Below are positions 47,252 to 63,433 of a stretch of DNA of 64,000 bases, one piece after another. The position numbers were made by a program, and so were the translations under genes. A model generated the notes under the pieces. It made no database searches. It worked only from the letters and a program-made list of their open reading frames with translations, and had not been told where the DNA came from. How positions within the stretch are numbered: the first letter of the stretch is position 1; each line of letters starts with the position of its first letter. The DNA is from Pseudomonadota bacterium (GTDB lineage Bacteria > Pseudomonadota > Alphaproteobacteria > Rhizobiales > Tepidamorphaceae), in NCBI GenBank assembly GCA_039181495.1, contig JBCDCP010000001.1, positions 365 through 64,364 of the forward strand, given 5' to 3'.

Positions 47252-48349
47252 TCACCAGGCCGGTTGCAAACGGCTGGTGTCGGGGATTTCGTTCTCGATC
47301 ACCGGAATCATGTAGAGCCGGGCAAAGACCACGCCTGCGCGCGCCATCAGCCAGGCCTTCTTGATCCGTGCTCCGAGACTCGTGTCTTCCTCGATTGCGT
47401 TCATCTTCCGGTTCAGCGCTTCGAGTTCCTTCAGTCGGGCCAGAAAGGCGGGGTTGTCGAGATCGATGAGCACCGGAAAGACCTGCTTGGAGATCTCCGA
47501 GGTGATGCGAAACACTTGCATGTCGTAGTCGTCGATATCGACGCCAACCGCGTCGTGGAAGGCCGGGCGGGCGTGGTCGCGGCAGTACATTGTTGCGAAC
47601 ACGGCCAGCAGGAAAAACCGGATCCAAAGCCGGTTGCGGCCCTCGAGCATGTCCGGGTTGGCGCGCATCAGAAGCGAGAATGCTTCGCCGTGGCGGAACT
47701 CGTCATTGCACCACTGCTCGAACCACTTGAAGATCGGATGGAAGCGTTTTTCGGGATGCTTCTCGAAATGCCGGAAGATCGAGATGTAACGGGCATAGCC
47801 GATCTTCTCAGACAGGTAAGTGGCATAGAAGATGAACTTCGGCCGGAAATAAGTGTACTTCTTGGCCTTGGTCAGAAAGCCGAGATTGACCGCAAAATCG
47901 AACTCGCGCAGCGCGTCATTGATGAAGCCGGCATGGCGGGCCTCATCGCGGCTCATCAACGCGAAGAGCTGGCAAATGTCCTTGTTTGTGCCGCGGCGCT
48001 TCATCTCCTTGTAGAGCACGCAGCCGGAGAACTCGGCCGTGAGCGAGCTGACCAGGAAATCGATGAGCTCCTCGCGCAATTCGGTATCGAGAGCGTCGAG
48101 ATCGATCTGGTCCCAGTCGGCATTTTTCTTGAAGTGTCCCTTGTTGGGATCGGACTCCATTTCCGCAATCAGCGCATCCCATTCGGCACGCACCGGTGCG
48201 ACGTCGATCTTGTCGAGCGTGTCGAAATCGGTGGTGTAGAAGCGGGGGTTCAGAAGTGTCGACTTCTGCGCCATCTGCGTGGTGACGTTCTGTTCGCTCA
48301 CCTGGTCCGTGAGCTTCTGAATGTCTTCGGGACGAGCGGGGGCGTTCAT
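47252..48349 (-). CDS. acsF: Aerobic Mg-protoporphyrin IX monomethyl ester oxidative cyclase (di-iron)
   Basis: [36 protein letters not shown] and [11 protein letters not shown] (two E-x-x-H di-iron motifs). Confidence 0.93.
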   Translation of the reverse strand: MNAPARPEDIQKLTDQVSEQNVTTQMAQKSTLLNPRFYTTDFDTLDKIDVAPVRAEWDALIAEMESDPNKGHFKKNADWDQIDLDALDTELREELIDFLVSSLTAEFSGCVLYKEMKRRGTNKDICQLFALMSRDEARHAGFINDALREFDFAVNLGFLTKAKKYTYFRPKFIFYATYLSEKIGYARYISIFRHFEKHPEKRFHPIFKWFEQWCNDEFRHGEAFSLLMRANPDMLEGRNRLWIRFFLLAVFATMYCRDHARPAFHDAVGVDIDDYDMQVFRITSEISKQVFPVLIDLDNPAFLARLKELEALNRKMNAIEEDTSLGARIKKAWLMARAGVVFARLYMIPVIENEIPDTSRLQPAW

Positions 48350-48678
48350 AGTTTCACCTCCTCAGAGAAGCTGAATTCGCACAGTTCCATGAATTCGAAG
48401 TCGCCGGTCATGCGGGTCCACAGACGCTCGGGCCACGTGGCGCGCAGGATGGTGGCACGACGGTCGAATTGCTGGACTTCGCCGTAGGGGACTTCGATAG
48501 CCGATCCATGGACGACCACTTCGTCACCGGGCTCGACAGTTCGACCGCCGGCAAAACGAACATGCGCGTGCAGGCTCTCGAACGTATGAGACACTTCAAC
48601 TGTACAATCGACATCTTCGCTGCTGGCACCAAACAGACGTGCGAACAAGGAAGGCTGGTGCAGGGCTGTATCGCTCAT
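48346..48678 (-). CDS. Conserved PGC-associated hypothetical protein (orf110) translationally coupled to acsF
   Basis: A GGGAGG SD lies 7 nt upstream of ATG 48678, and there is an ATGA stop/start overlap with acsF. The protein is soluble and acidic. A small unnamed ORF occupies the same position upstream of acsF in other PGCs (recollection). Confidence 0.6.
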   Translation of the reverse strand: MSDTALHQPSLFARLFGASSEDVDCTVEVSHTFESLHAHVRFAGGRTVEPGDEVVVHGSAIEVPYGEVQQFDRRATILRATWPERLWTRMTGDFEFMELCEFSFSEEVKL

Positions 48679-48855
48679 CGGCCTGCCTCCCGGACACGTG
48701 GTGTCGCTGGTATGTCGATGGTCGCTCTCTGCCTGACGGCAGTCTCTGAAGATCGCGGAACTTTGTCTGATGCTCCCATGTCTTCCCCTCCTAAAATCAA
48801 AGAACGTCGTTTGCGTATTTTCGGCGGGCGTCTTGCTGCGTCCTTGATTGGTCTC

Positions 48856-48903
48856 AAAGGCCTGTTCGGCCTTTTGTTGCGTCCGGCAGTTAATGCCGGA
48901 CGC
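48856..48903. other. Two consecutive perfect hairpins in the puhA-orf110 gap
   Basis: AAAGGCC-tgttc-GGCCTTT (48856-48874) and GCGTCCGGCA-gttaa-TGCCGGACGC (48879-48903). There is no U-tract in the puhA (minus) direction, so this is more likely an attenuator or RNA-stability element than a full terminator. Confidence 0.4.
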
Positions 48904-48953
48904 TAACTTCTGCCGGCTTCTGCCGGCCTGTTCTGCGGTCTGTCGTTTCGATA

Positions 48954-49745
48954 CTACAGAAGCGGCTCCTGCCGTTTGGGATGGGCATAGAGCAGGCCGC
49001 CACCGTAGTAGCCCATGATCTTGTCCTCCTCGAGCAGAGTCACCTGGGTTTTCTTCGCGGTCTCGGGGACCTTGGTGAACTGGGCTGCCGTGATTGCCGA
49101 AACCATCACGCGGCCCTCACGCGGTTTGACGTCGCAGAATGTCATCGGCAACAGGACATTCTTGGCCTTGGCGCCTGAACCGGTTGTCACCTCATAGTAG
49201 CGGATGATCTGCTCGGCCCGGTCGACCCAGATGTCGGCCACTTCACCCGCCTTCTCGCCGTCGGCACCAATGACAGAATAACCGCGCGGGTCACGATCCC
49301 CAGCTGCGACACTGAAGCTCTTGTCTGAACGCATCGGCACAACGCGTGGCTTGTTGTCGAAGGTCACATCGACCACGTCGGGCCGCATTGCATAAGATGC
49401 CGGGCCAACGCCGTCTTGCATGGGGTTTCCTGTTGGCTCATAGGGTGCACCGTCCCAAGAACCAGTGCGTTCCAACTTGAGCTTACGGGTCTCGCGCACA
49501 TCGTTGGGATAGGAGACCGACCCGCGCCCATGCGGCTTCTTGAAGGTCTTGGGGTCCGGCATGAATACCGGGCCGGGATTGTCCAGTTCGCCGGTCGTGT
49601 CGGACTCAAGCGGATAGCCTTCGCGCCGGGTCTCCATCTGGAGATAGAAGATCAGGCCAAAGAAGAAGACCCAGAACACGTAAAGTGTGATCTGAGCGAC
49701 GTCGATATATTCGGTGACTGCTCCAAGTTCCATTTTATCCTCCAC
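48954..49745 (-). CDS. puhA: Photosynthetic reaction centre H subunit
   Basis: N-terminal TM segment IDVAQITLYVFWVFFFGLIFYLQMETRREGYPLE, and a PRC-barrel C-domain (GYSVIGADGEKAGEVADIWVDRAEQIIRYYEV). It looks full length and has no lesions. Confidence 0.92.
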   Translation of the reverse strand: MEDKMELGAVTEYIDVAQITLYVFWVFFFGLIFYLQMETRREGYPLESDTTGELDNPGPVFMPDPKTFKKPHGRGSVSYPNDVRETRKLKLERTGSWDGAPYEPTGNPMQDGVGPASYAMRPDVVDVTFDNKPRVVPMRSDKSFSVAAGDRDPRGYSVIGADGEKAGEVADIWVDRAEQIIRYYEVTTGSGAKAKNVLLPMTFCDVKPREGRVMVSAITAAQFTKVPETAKKTQVTLLEEDKIMGYYGGGLLYAHPKRQEPLL

Positions 49746-49790
49746 GCTCCGTGTGGTTGTCCCGGTTGAGCTCTCTGATGGCCCGCACCA

Positions 49791-51224
49791 TCAGCCGGGG
49801 AGTTCGGCCAGGCCGAACGAAGGCGACGTTGATCGGGCCCGGCGGTAGCGAACCAGCGGACCGATCGTGACAAGGGTTGCGAAAAGCAGTGCGATCTCGA
49901 TGTGGTAGACCATGATATACCCGGTCGAGATGTCGTTTAGGGCCGGGCCAAGTGCGCCGGCTTCGGCGGCCTTTGTGGTCAGGTCGCGCAGGATTCCTCC
50001 TGCCGCAAGACCAAGGCCCATGGCCGTGGCCTGCACCGCGCCCCAGGCGCCGAGTGCGAGACCGTTGTCGCTGATCTCGGCGAGGTCCATGGCTGCGATC
50101 AATGCGCCAACCGCGAATAGGCCGCCGCCAAAGCCAATGAAGGTGACGCCAACCCTGAACAGCAAAGGTGAGGCAAGGGGTTGCGCAATGATCACTGCTG
50201 ACAGGGCAAAAATGCCGACAAGCACGCCATAGGCGGCAAGCCTGTGCGGATCCATTCCGCGAGACAGGCTACGCGCGGCAATGGCAAGCCCGACAAGTGT
50301 TCCTCCGGCGAGCAGCGCGGTAAGAAGCGTTGTTGCGCTGACAGAAAGGCCGAGCACCTCACCGCCATAGGGTTCCAGCAAAACGTCCTGCATGGCAAAG
50401 CCGGCAGTGCCCAGGCCGACGGCGAGCAGAAGACGGAAACAGCGCGGATCATTGCGTAACTTGGCCCAGGCTTCGGCAAAAGGCGGTCTTGGCGCAGACC
50501 TGTCGACGCGCTGACTGCGCCGCAGCTCCTGCTTCCAGAGCGCCAGTGCATTGAGAACCACAGTGGCGACGGCGGCACCCTGAATGACCTGAATGAGTCG
50601 TTTGGGAGAGAAGTCGGTGAGCAGTGCGCCGAAGATGAGCGCGCTGCCCAGCATCCCAACGAGCAGCATGACATATAACAGCGCGACGACGCGCGGGCGT
50701 GCCTGTTCCGGCGCAAGATCCGTTGCCAGTGCCAGCCCGGCGGTCTGGGTCATGTGCATCCCCGCTCCGACCAGCAGGAATGCCAATGCAGCCGCCGCTT
50801 GGCCAACCCACTCGGCGCCGCCATAGAACGGATCGGTCATCACCAGAAGCGAGAACGGCATGATCGCGAGACCGCCAAACTGCAGCAGTGTGCCGTTCCA
50901 TATGAAGGGTACACGGCGCCAGCCGAAGGCGGACTGATGGGTATCTGAACGGTGGCCCATCAACGCCCGGAAGGGTGCAAAGACCAGCGGCAGTGAGACC
51001 ATCACCGCGACGATCCACGTGGCGACACCCATCTCGACGATCATCACGCGGTTGAGCGTGCCGGTCAGCAGGACAGCCGCCATTCCGACCGAGACTTGAA
51101 ACAGCGACAGGCGCAACAGGCGCGACAAAGGCAGTTCGTCCGTGGCTGCGTCGGCAAACGGCAGAAAGCGGGGTCCAAGTGAGACCCACTCCTGCACGAC
51201 CTGACGGGACAGACGCGTGATCAT
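49791..51224 (-). CDS. lhaA: LhaA (PucC/BCD-family MFS protein, LH1 assembly factor)
   Basis: LSRLLRLSLFQVSVGMAAVLLTGTLNRVMIVEMGV is the PucC-family signature. It has about 12 TM segments and lies between bchM and puhA, with an ATGA overlap with bchM. Confidence 0.88.
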   Translation of the reverse strand: MITRLSRQVVQEWVSLGPRFLPFADAATDELPLSRLLRLSLFQVSVGMAAVLLTGTLNRVMIVEMGVATWIVAVMVSLPLVFAPFRALMGHRSDTHQSAFGWRRVPFIWNGTLLQFGGLAIMPFSLLVMTDPFYGGAEWVGQAAAALAFLLVGAGMHMTQTAGLALATDLAPEQARPRVVALLYVMLLVGMLGSALIFGALLTDFSPKRLIQVIQGAAVATVVLNALALWKQELRRSQRVDRSAPRPPFAEAWAKLRNDPRCFRLLLAVGLGTAGFAMQDVLLEPYGGEVLGLSVSATTLLTALLAGGTLVGLAIAARSLSRGMDPHRLAAYGVLVGIFALSAVIIAQPLASPLLFRVGVTFIGFGGGLFAVGALIAAMDLAEISDNGLALGAWGAVQATAMGLGLAAGGILRDLTTKAAEAGALGPALNDISTGYIMVYHIEIALLFATLVTIGPLVRYRRARSTSPSFGLAELPG

Positions 51225-51958
51225 CTGCGTTCTCCCGTGTCGGGATGTGTCGTCCGGCGCAGTTCGAAAGCTTGCGATGTGTAAAACCCGCTGGCGATGC
51301 GCTGTGTCCTGCCGGCCTGCCAGGATTTGAGGCCTGGCTCACGATCGCACAATGCCAGCAGCTTCCTGGGCGCAACTGGCTCGATGGCCGGCGCGCGGTC
51401 GGAGCGGGGAAACAGTTTACCGGCCGCATGCATAGCGGTAAGCGCCGGGGTACGCGGCGCGAATGTGAATACAATCGAATGTCGCGTGCGTGCTGCCAGT
51501 GCTGACAGGACACAGACCGCATCCGGCGCGCGATAATGGATGAGAGAGTCCATTGCCACCACATGGTCGAACCGGCCAAGAGCTTCGTCGAGCATGTCGC
51601 CGGACCGGAAATCGATCTGTGCCAGTGTGTCCGCATCGATCAGCTCAGCTGAGCGTTGCCGTGCTACGTCGACCAGTGTCGGTGACAGATCAATCGCCAA
51701 AACGTCAGCGCCGCGTCTGGCGGCTTCGATCGCGAATGCTCCGGTGCCGCAGCCGGCATCGAGCACCCGTTTTCCTGAAAGATCGTCCGGCAACCATGAC
51801 AGTAATGTCGCCCGCATGCGATCACGGCCTGCCCGGACCGTGGCGCGGACACCGCTGACATCTTCTGTCGATGTCAGCTTGCGCCAGGCTTCGGCCGCGG
51901 TTGAATCGAAATAGGTTTCGATCTTTCCGCGGCGGTCGCGATAGGTGAGCGTTGGCAT
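51221..51958 (-). CDS. bchM: Mg-protoporphyrin IX methyltransferase
   Basis: YFDSTAAEAWRKLTS...VRATVRAGRDRMR and the SAM motif VLDAGCGTGAFAIEAARRGA. Confidence 0.92.
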   Translation of the reverse strand: MPTLTYRDRRGKIETYFDSTAAEAWRKLTSTEDVSGVRATVRAGRDRMRATLLSWLPDDLSGKRVLDAGCGTGAFAIEAARRGADVLAIDLSPTLVDVARQRSAELIDADTLAQIDFRSGDMLDEALGRFDHVVAMDSLIHYRAPDAVCVLSALAARTRHSIVFTFAPRTPALTAMHAAGKLFPRSDRAPAIEPVAPRKLLALCDREPGLKSWQAGRTQRIASGFYTSQAFELRRTTHPDTGERR

Positions 51959-51979
51959 GGTCCGGTTCTACCCTCCGCC

Positions 51980-56713
<4,734 letters not shown>

Positions 56714-56742
<29 letters not shown>

Positions 56743-58336
56743 AAAGCGTCTCGACGGTGATGGTTGCGATGCCACGCTCTGAAGCGAAGCGTTCGGTGTT
56801 GCGGCGGGCCTTGCCGCGTACGAAGAATGGAATCTTGCGCAGTTCCTTTTCCGCATCGCCCGACCAGGACAACGCATCGGTCTCGTTCGGTTCAGCGGTA
56901 TCTGCCGGGGCTGCGTCGGGCATGACGATGGGCTCGCCGGGGGCACCGTCGCTTGGGGCTTTGCGACCATGCCCGAGATGCGAAGCGCCGGCTTCATCGT
57001 GGAACTCGAAGTCTTCGCGGAACATCGTCAGCAAGTGTTCCTCGAGCCCCATCGTCAGCGGGTGGACCCAGGTATCGAAGAGGACGTTGGCGCCCTCGAA
57101 ACCCATCTGGGGCGAATAGCGTGCGGGATAGTCCTGAACGTGCACGGGCGCCGAGATGACAGCGCAGCCTATGCCCAGCCTTTTGGCGATGTGGCGTTCC
57201 ATCTGGGTGCCAAGGACCAGCTCAGGCTGTGCTTCGGTGATGGCATTCTCGACATCGAGATAGTCGTCGGTGATCAGCGCCTCGAGACCATAGGATTCGG
57301 CTGCGGCCCGCACATCGCGGGCAAACTCGCGGGAATAGGTGCCAAGGCCGACGACCTCGAAAGCGAACTCTTCTGAAGCAACGCGTGCAGCGGCGAGGGC
57401 ATGAGTCGCATCGCCAAAAATGAAGACGCGCTTTCCTGTCAGATATGTCGAGTCGATCGAGCGTGAGTACCAAGGCAGGCGGGAGCCTTCCCCGTCCAGG
57501 ACGTGACTCACGTCAAGGCCAGTGATCTCACCGACCTCCGAAACGAAATCGCGTGTTGCGCCATATCCGATTGGGACAATGGTCGTCATCGGCTGGCGGA
57601 AGGTGCGCTTGAGCCAACCCGCGGCGACATGTGCGATCTCGGGATACATGACGACGTTGAAATCGGCCTCGCCAATCGCAGCGATGTCTGAAGGCCGCGC
57701 CGGCATAGGCGCAACGACGTGCACATCAACTCCGATCAGATCGAGCAGGCGGGTGAGTTCGGTGATGTCGTCACGATGACGAAAGCCGAGCCCTGTCGGG
57801 CCAAGCAGATTGGCGCATGGGCGGCGGCCCTGCTCGGCAGCGGCCGCTGCGATCTCACCGGCCCCCGGGCTGGCCGTGCCGGGTGCTGGAGCGTGTGGAC
57901 CAGCCAATGAGCGGACCAACTGGTAGAAGGTTTCGGCCGCGCCCCAGTTCTCCTTCTTGGAGTAAGACGGCAGCTCAAGCGGCACGACAGGAACAGGCAG
58001 GTTGAGTGCCTTGGCCAGCCCGCCGGGATCGTCCTGTATCAGTTCTGCCGTACAGGATGCTCCGACGATCAGCGCCTGGGGATCGAAGCGCTCATAGGCG
58101 TCACGCACTGCTGACTTCATCAGCTCTGCGGTATCGCCGCCCAGATCGCGCGCCTGAAATGTGGTGTAGGTCACAGGTGGTCGTGCCTTGCGCCGTTCGA
58201 TCATCGTGAACAGCAGATCGGCATAGGTATCGCCCTGCGGCGCATGCAACACGTAATGCAGCCCGTCCATTCCGGTTGCGACCCGCATGGCGCCGACATG
58301 GGGCGGACCTTCATATGTCCAGACGGTCAGCTGCAT
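56714..58336 (-). CDS. bchB: Light-independent protochlorophyllide reductase subunit B
   Basis: [48 protein letters not shown]. Confidence 0.95.
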
Positions 58337-58339
58337 CGC

Positions 58340-60204
<1,865 letters not shown>

Positions 60205-60368
60205 ACTTACAAATCTCTGTTTTGGCGCGTGTTTCCTGTTTGACTACACGTCGCGCTGACTACCCCTCGAACCACGCCTGAAGGTCGGATCTCTGATCCC
60301 CACGCCCTTTCCGCAAGGTCCATTTCGTGCCCGCCAACAACCCCGGAGGGCTGTCCCGAATGGTCAGA

Positions 60369-60450
60369 ACTGTAGCCGAGGGGGGTGATATGTCAACCAA
60401 ACTTGACGTCAATATACGTTGACATTTTTCGCGTGGGAGAAAATAGATAT
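60369..60450. promoter_or_regulatory. Two abutting PpsR-type palindromes flanked by back-to-back divergent promoter-like elements (bchF leftward, ppaA rightward)
   Basis: TGTCAACCAAACTTGACg (60391-60408) and cGTCAATATACGTTGACA (60407-60424), i.e. GTCAA-N6-TTGAC|GTCAA-N6-TTGAC. On the minus strand, TTGACA (60396-60391)-N16-TACAGT (60374-60369). On the plus strand, TTGACA (60419-60424)-N17-AATAGA. Confidence 0.6.
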
Positions 60451-60735
60451 GTACAATTTCAGATTTGGAAAAATACGCATCTGGGTAGCCTGAGATGTCT
60501 GACGGGGTAACTGCAACTCGGAACCGGGCGCGGAGGCGGCGCTTCGGCCATGCAGCGGGCAAATGGTTGTTCCATTCAGCCCGTATCCCTGCGCAAGGCC
60601 GGCCAGGCCGCGAGCATGCATCAGACATGCCACCGGAAAAGACGGTTCCGGAAAAATTTGGCCGGACGCGTTGCTGCCATCCGTCATGGTCCAGTGCACG
60701 GACAAGTGCCGGCACGGCCCATAGGGGAGGTTGCA

Positions 60736-61758
60736 ATGGCCCGCTTGAAACACACCCAGCGCGTGTTGTCCGAATTCTGGGGTACGCGTGAGCCGGAAGA
60801 TGGCCGCGGCAGTGAGGATCAACGGAGGTTCGGGCTGCCGATCGGTATAGCTCTTACGGGAGAGGGACAGTCGGCCAATTCGATGGATGAGCCGACACTG
60901 ATCGATATGATCGAAGGTGAAATCATACCGCGACTGTTGTTGTCGCATCGTGGCGAGACGCCGGCCTTTGTAAAAGGGCGCGTCGATGATGATGCCGATG
61001 CGCCGATTGTCCTGCGCGAAGGTGGTCTCGGGACGGCTCCGGTCGGTCGACGCCGGTTTGCCGAAATCGCCGACTGCGACCAGTTTGCCCGCCTTCTTAT
61101 CGACCACGATGTCGAACTGGCATCGCGTTATGTCGATGTCCTGCGATACAATCTCGGGATCAGCGACAGTGCCATCCTGCTCGAGTTGCTTGCGCCAGCG
61201 GCGCGACAGTTGGGCCGGATGTGGGAAGACGACCTCTGCAGCTTCACCGATGTGACCGTAGGCATCTGCGCGCTTGAGCGGCTGCTCGTTCAGATGCGCC
61301 AAGGCATCGCGGCGGAAGATGCACCGGTTGTCGATCCAGTTGATGCGTCGAACAGTGCGACCGCGCTGCTGACTGTCCAACCGGGCGAACAGCACGGATT
61401 CGGTTTGCTGATGGTTCAGGAGCTATTCCGCAGGGCCGGTTGGGATGTGTGCAGCGGACCTTTTGCAACCGCAGAAGGTCTGGTCGCCGAGGTGAGGCGT
61501 AACTCTTATACGCTGGTGGGTATCTCACTGGGTGATGCGGCGGCTCTAGAAGACTGCGCCGCATTGATTGCTTCGATCCGTGCGGCATCGAGGAATCGTA
61601 ATGTGGCGATCTTTGTCGGCGGCTCCGCTTTTTCGGACCATCCCGAAAGGGCAGCACATGTGGGTGCCGACGATACTGCAGAAGATGGAGAGACGGCCGT
61701 CTCGAAGGCGGCCCGGCTGTTGGAAACACCATTGGTGGCGCCGCGATTAGACTCGTAA
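60736..61758 (+). CDS. ppaA: Cobalamin-binding photosynthesis regulator PpaA/AerR
   Basis: C-terminal B12-binding domain (LLTVQPGEQHGFGLLMVQELFRRAGWDV...LVGISL...IFVGG). It lies immediately upstream of ppsR and is divergent from bchF. A GGGGAGG SD precedes ATG 60736. The ORF-track start at 60550 is probably too early. Confidence 0.8.
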   Translation: MARLKHTQRVLSEFWGTREPEDGRGSEDQRRFGLPIGIALTGEGQSANSMDEPTLIDMIEGEIIPRLLLSHRGETPAFVKGRVDDDADAPIVLREGGLGTAPVGRRRFAEIADCDQFARLLIDHDVELASRYVDVLRYNLGISDSAILLELLAPAARQLGRMWEDDLCSFTDVTVGICALERLLVQMRQGIAAEDAPVVDPVDASNSATALLTVQPGEQHGFGLLMVQELFRRAGWDVCSGPFATAEGLVAEVRRNSYTLVGISLGDAAALEDCAALIASIRAASRNRNVAIFVGGSAFSDHPERAAHVGADDTAEDGETAVSKAARLLETPLVAPRLDS

Positions 61759-61801
61759 AGAGCTTTTCTCATCGTGACGCTGCCGAAAACAGGTTGCCGG
61801 A

Positions 61802-63235
61802 ATGGACAGGGTAGTGACCCAACATAGGCGGTTTCGCGATGCGGCGGCCCATCTGGGGCCGTTGGACGACGATGTTACCGGTGACATCCTGTCTGCAGCC
61901 GCCGACCTCGTGTTGGTTGTCGATCCCAAAGGCATCATCAACGACCAATCGGTGGCTGATGCGGACCTTGCCCGCGACGACCGGGTGTCCTGGATCGGGC
62001 AGGCGTGGAGTGATGTTGTCACGCCCGAGAGCCAGCCCAAGATTGAGGCGATCATCAGCGAGGCTCAGCGAGAAGGTGTTTCGCGGCCACGCGAAATCAA
62101 CCACACCATCGTTGGCGATGATGACTTGCCGATGCGCTATGTCGCAATCCGGCTTGGCGATACCGGACGGGTGATGGCCTTTGGCCGCGATCTTCGCAGT
62201 GTCGCACGGATGCAGCAGCGTCTGGTCAATGCCCAGATGGCCATGGAGCGTGATTTTGCACGGCTGCGGCAGGCCGAGGCGCGTTATCGCCTGCTGTTCC
62301 AGATGGCATCTGAGCCCGTGCTGATCATTGATGCGGCAACGCAGGCGGTATCGGAGGCAAACCCTTCAGCCTGCAATCTGGTGGACCTCGCAGCACCTAA
62401 GTTGCTTGGGCGAAGATTGGTGCAGGTGTTTGATCCGGCCAGCCGCGATAGTGTCCGCGCCCAACTTGCCGCTGCCTCTGCCGTCGGGCAGGCGACCCCG
62501 TTCCAGGCCCGTCTCGCCAATGGGCGTGAGGTGAACCTCGCTGTGTCACTGTTCCGGCAAACGGATCAGGCCTTCCTGCTTGTGCGGATGTCTTCGGATT
62601 CAGCGCAGTTGCTGGTGCGCGGAGGTGCGGACAGGGAAAGCAGAGCCGTTCTTGATGTTATCGACGCCTTGCCGGACGGTTTCGTCCTTTTGGATGACAA
62701 CCGTCAGATCATCGATGCCAATTCGGCCTTTCTCGACTTGATCCAGATTGCGTCGATTGATCAGGCCCGCGGTCAGTCGCTTGAAAAATGGTTCGAACGA
62801 CCAGGCGTCGATTTCAATGTGCTCATGTCTAACTTGCGGGAACACGGATCTGTGCGCCGTTTCCCGACCATTCTTCGCGGCGATCTCGGATCGCTTGAAA
62901 ATGTCGAGATCGCGGCGGTCTCGGTTACTGGGACCAATGAGGGCTTCGTTGGACTGGTGGTGCGCAGCGTTGGCGCAGCTGCGCGGCCCAATATCCTTGT
63001 TGATGGTTTCCCGGCCCGCTCGGTTGATCAGCTCTCGGAGTTGGTCGGCCATATGTCACTCAAGGACGTGGTGCGGGAAACAACAGATGTGGTCGAACGG
63101 TTGTGTATCGAAGCCGCGCTCAAGCTGACCAGCGATAATCGCGCCTCGGCAGCACAGATGCTCGGCCTGAGCCGTCAGAGCCTTTATGCCAAGCTGCGTC
63201 GCTTTGGTATGGTTGAGAGCAACAACGCTAACTAG
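61802..63235 (+). CDS. ppsR: Photopigment suppressor PpsR/CrtJ (PAS domains + Fis-type HTH)
   Basis: Multiple PAS-like segments, the C-terminal HTH NRASAAQMLGLSRQSLYAKLRRFG, and synteny ppaA-ppsR-bchG. Confidence 0.9.
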   Translation: MDRVVTQHRRFRDAAAHLGPLDDDVTGDILSAAADLVLVVDPKGIINDQSVADADLARDDRVSWIGQAWSDVVTPESQPKIEAIISEAQREGVSRPREINHTIVGDDDLPMRYVAIRLGDTGRVMAFGRDLRSVARMQQRLVNAQMAMERDFARLRQAEARYRLLFQMASEPVLIIDAATQAVSEANPSACNLVDLAAPKLLGRRLVQVFDPASRDSVRAQLAAASAVGQATPFQARLANGREVNLAVSLFRQTDQAFLLVRMSSDSAQLLVRGGADRESRAVLDVIDALPDGFVLLDDNRQIIDANSAFLDLIQIASIDQARGQSLEKWFERPGVDFNVLMSNLREHGSVRRFPTILRGDLGSLENVEIAAVSVTGTNEGFVGLVVRSVGAAARPNILVDGFPARSVDQLSELVGHMSLKDVVRETTDVVERLCIEAALKLTSDNRASAAQMLGLSRQSLYAKLRRFGMVESNNAN

Positions 63236-63361
63236 TATGCGAATGGTTGCCGGCCGCGGGCGTTGGCGGCGACAAATTTGCAGTCTTGGTGGCCGTTGAC
63301 CTTAGGCGTAGCCGAATGCCGGATCACCCGAATCAGCGGGTCTGTAGGACCGATCCAAGAG

Positions 63362-63427
63362 TGTCAAAAAATCTAGTCAGACTAAGTGTCAATTCAAATT
63401 GACACTCAATTTTCCGCGGTCTAGCCT
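63362..63427 (+). promoter_or_regulatory. PpsR-type sites and a promoter-like element upstream of bchG
   Basis: Perfect TGTCAATTCAAATTGACA (63387-63404). A degenerate TGTCAAAAAATCTAGTCA (63362-63379) lies 7 bp upstream. TTGACA (63399-63404)-N17-TAGCCT (63422-63427). Confidence 0.6.
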
Positions 63428-63433
63428 TCGGGT

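Noticed and set aside
48675-48857. 60-aa minus-strand ORF in the puhA-orf110 gap, considered as a possible puhB or puhC remnant
   Set aside because: It is extremely basic (RRPPKIRKRR), has no TM segment (PuhB and PuhC are membrane proteins), overlaps the orf110 SD and start, and shows no similarity I can recognise.
48907-48926. Tandem direct repeat CTTCTGCCGG x2 downstream of puhA
   Set aside because: It is too short (two copies of 10 nt) to call a repeat element or CRISPR-like feature. It is mentioned only as a junction detail.
56743-56997. 85-codon N-terminal extension of bchH in the ORF track
   Set aside because: It lies inside the bchB coding region in another frame. The BchH-like sequence begins at MMQKH (56742).
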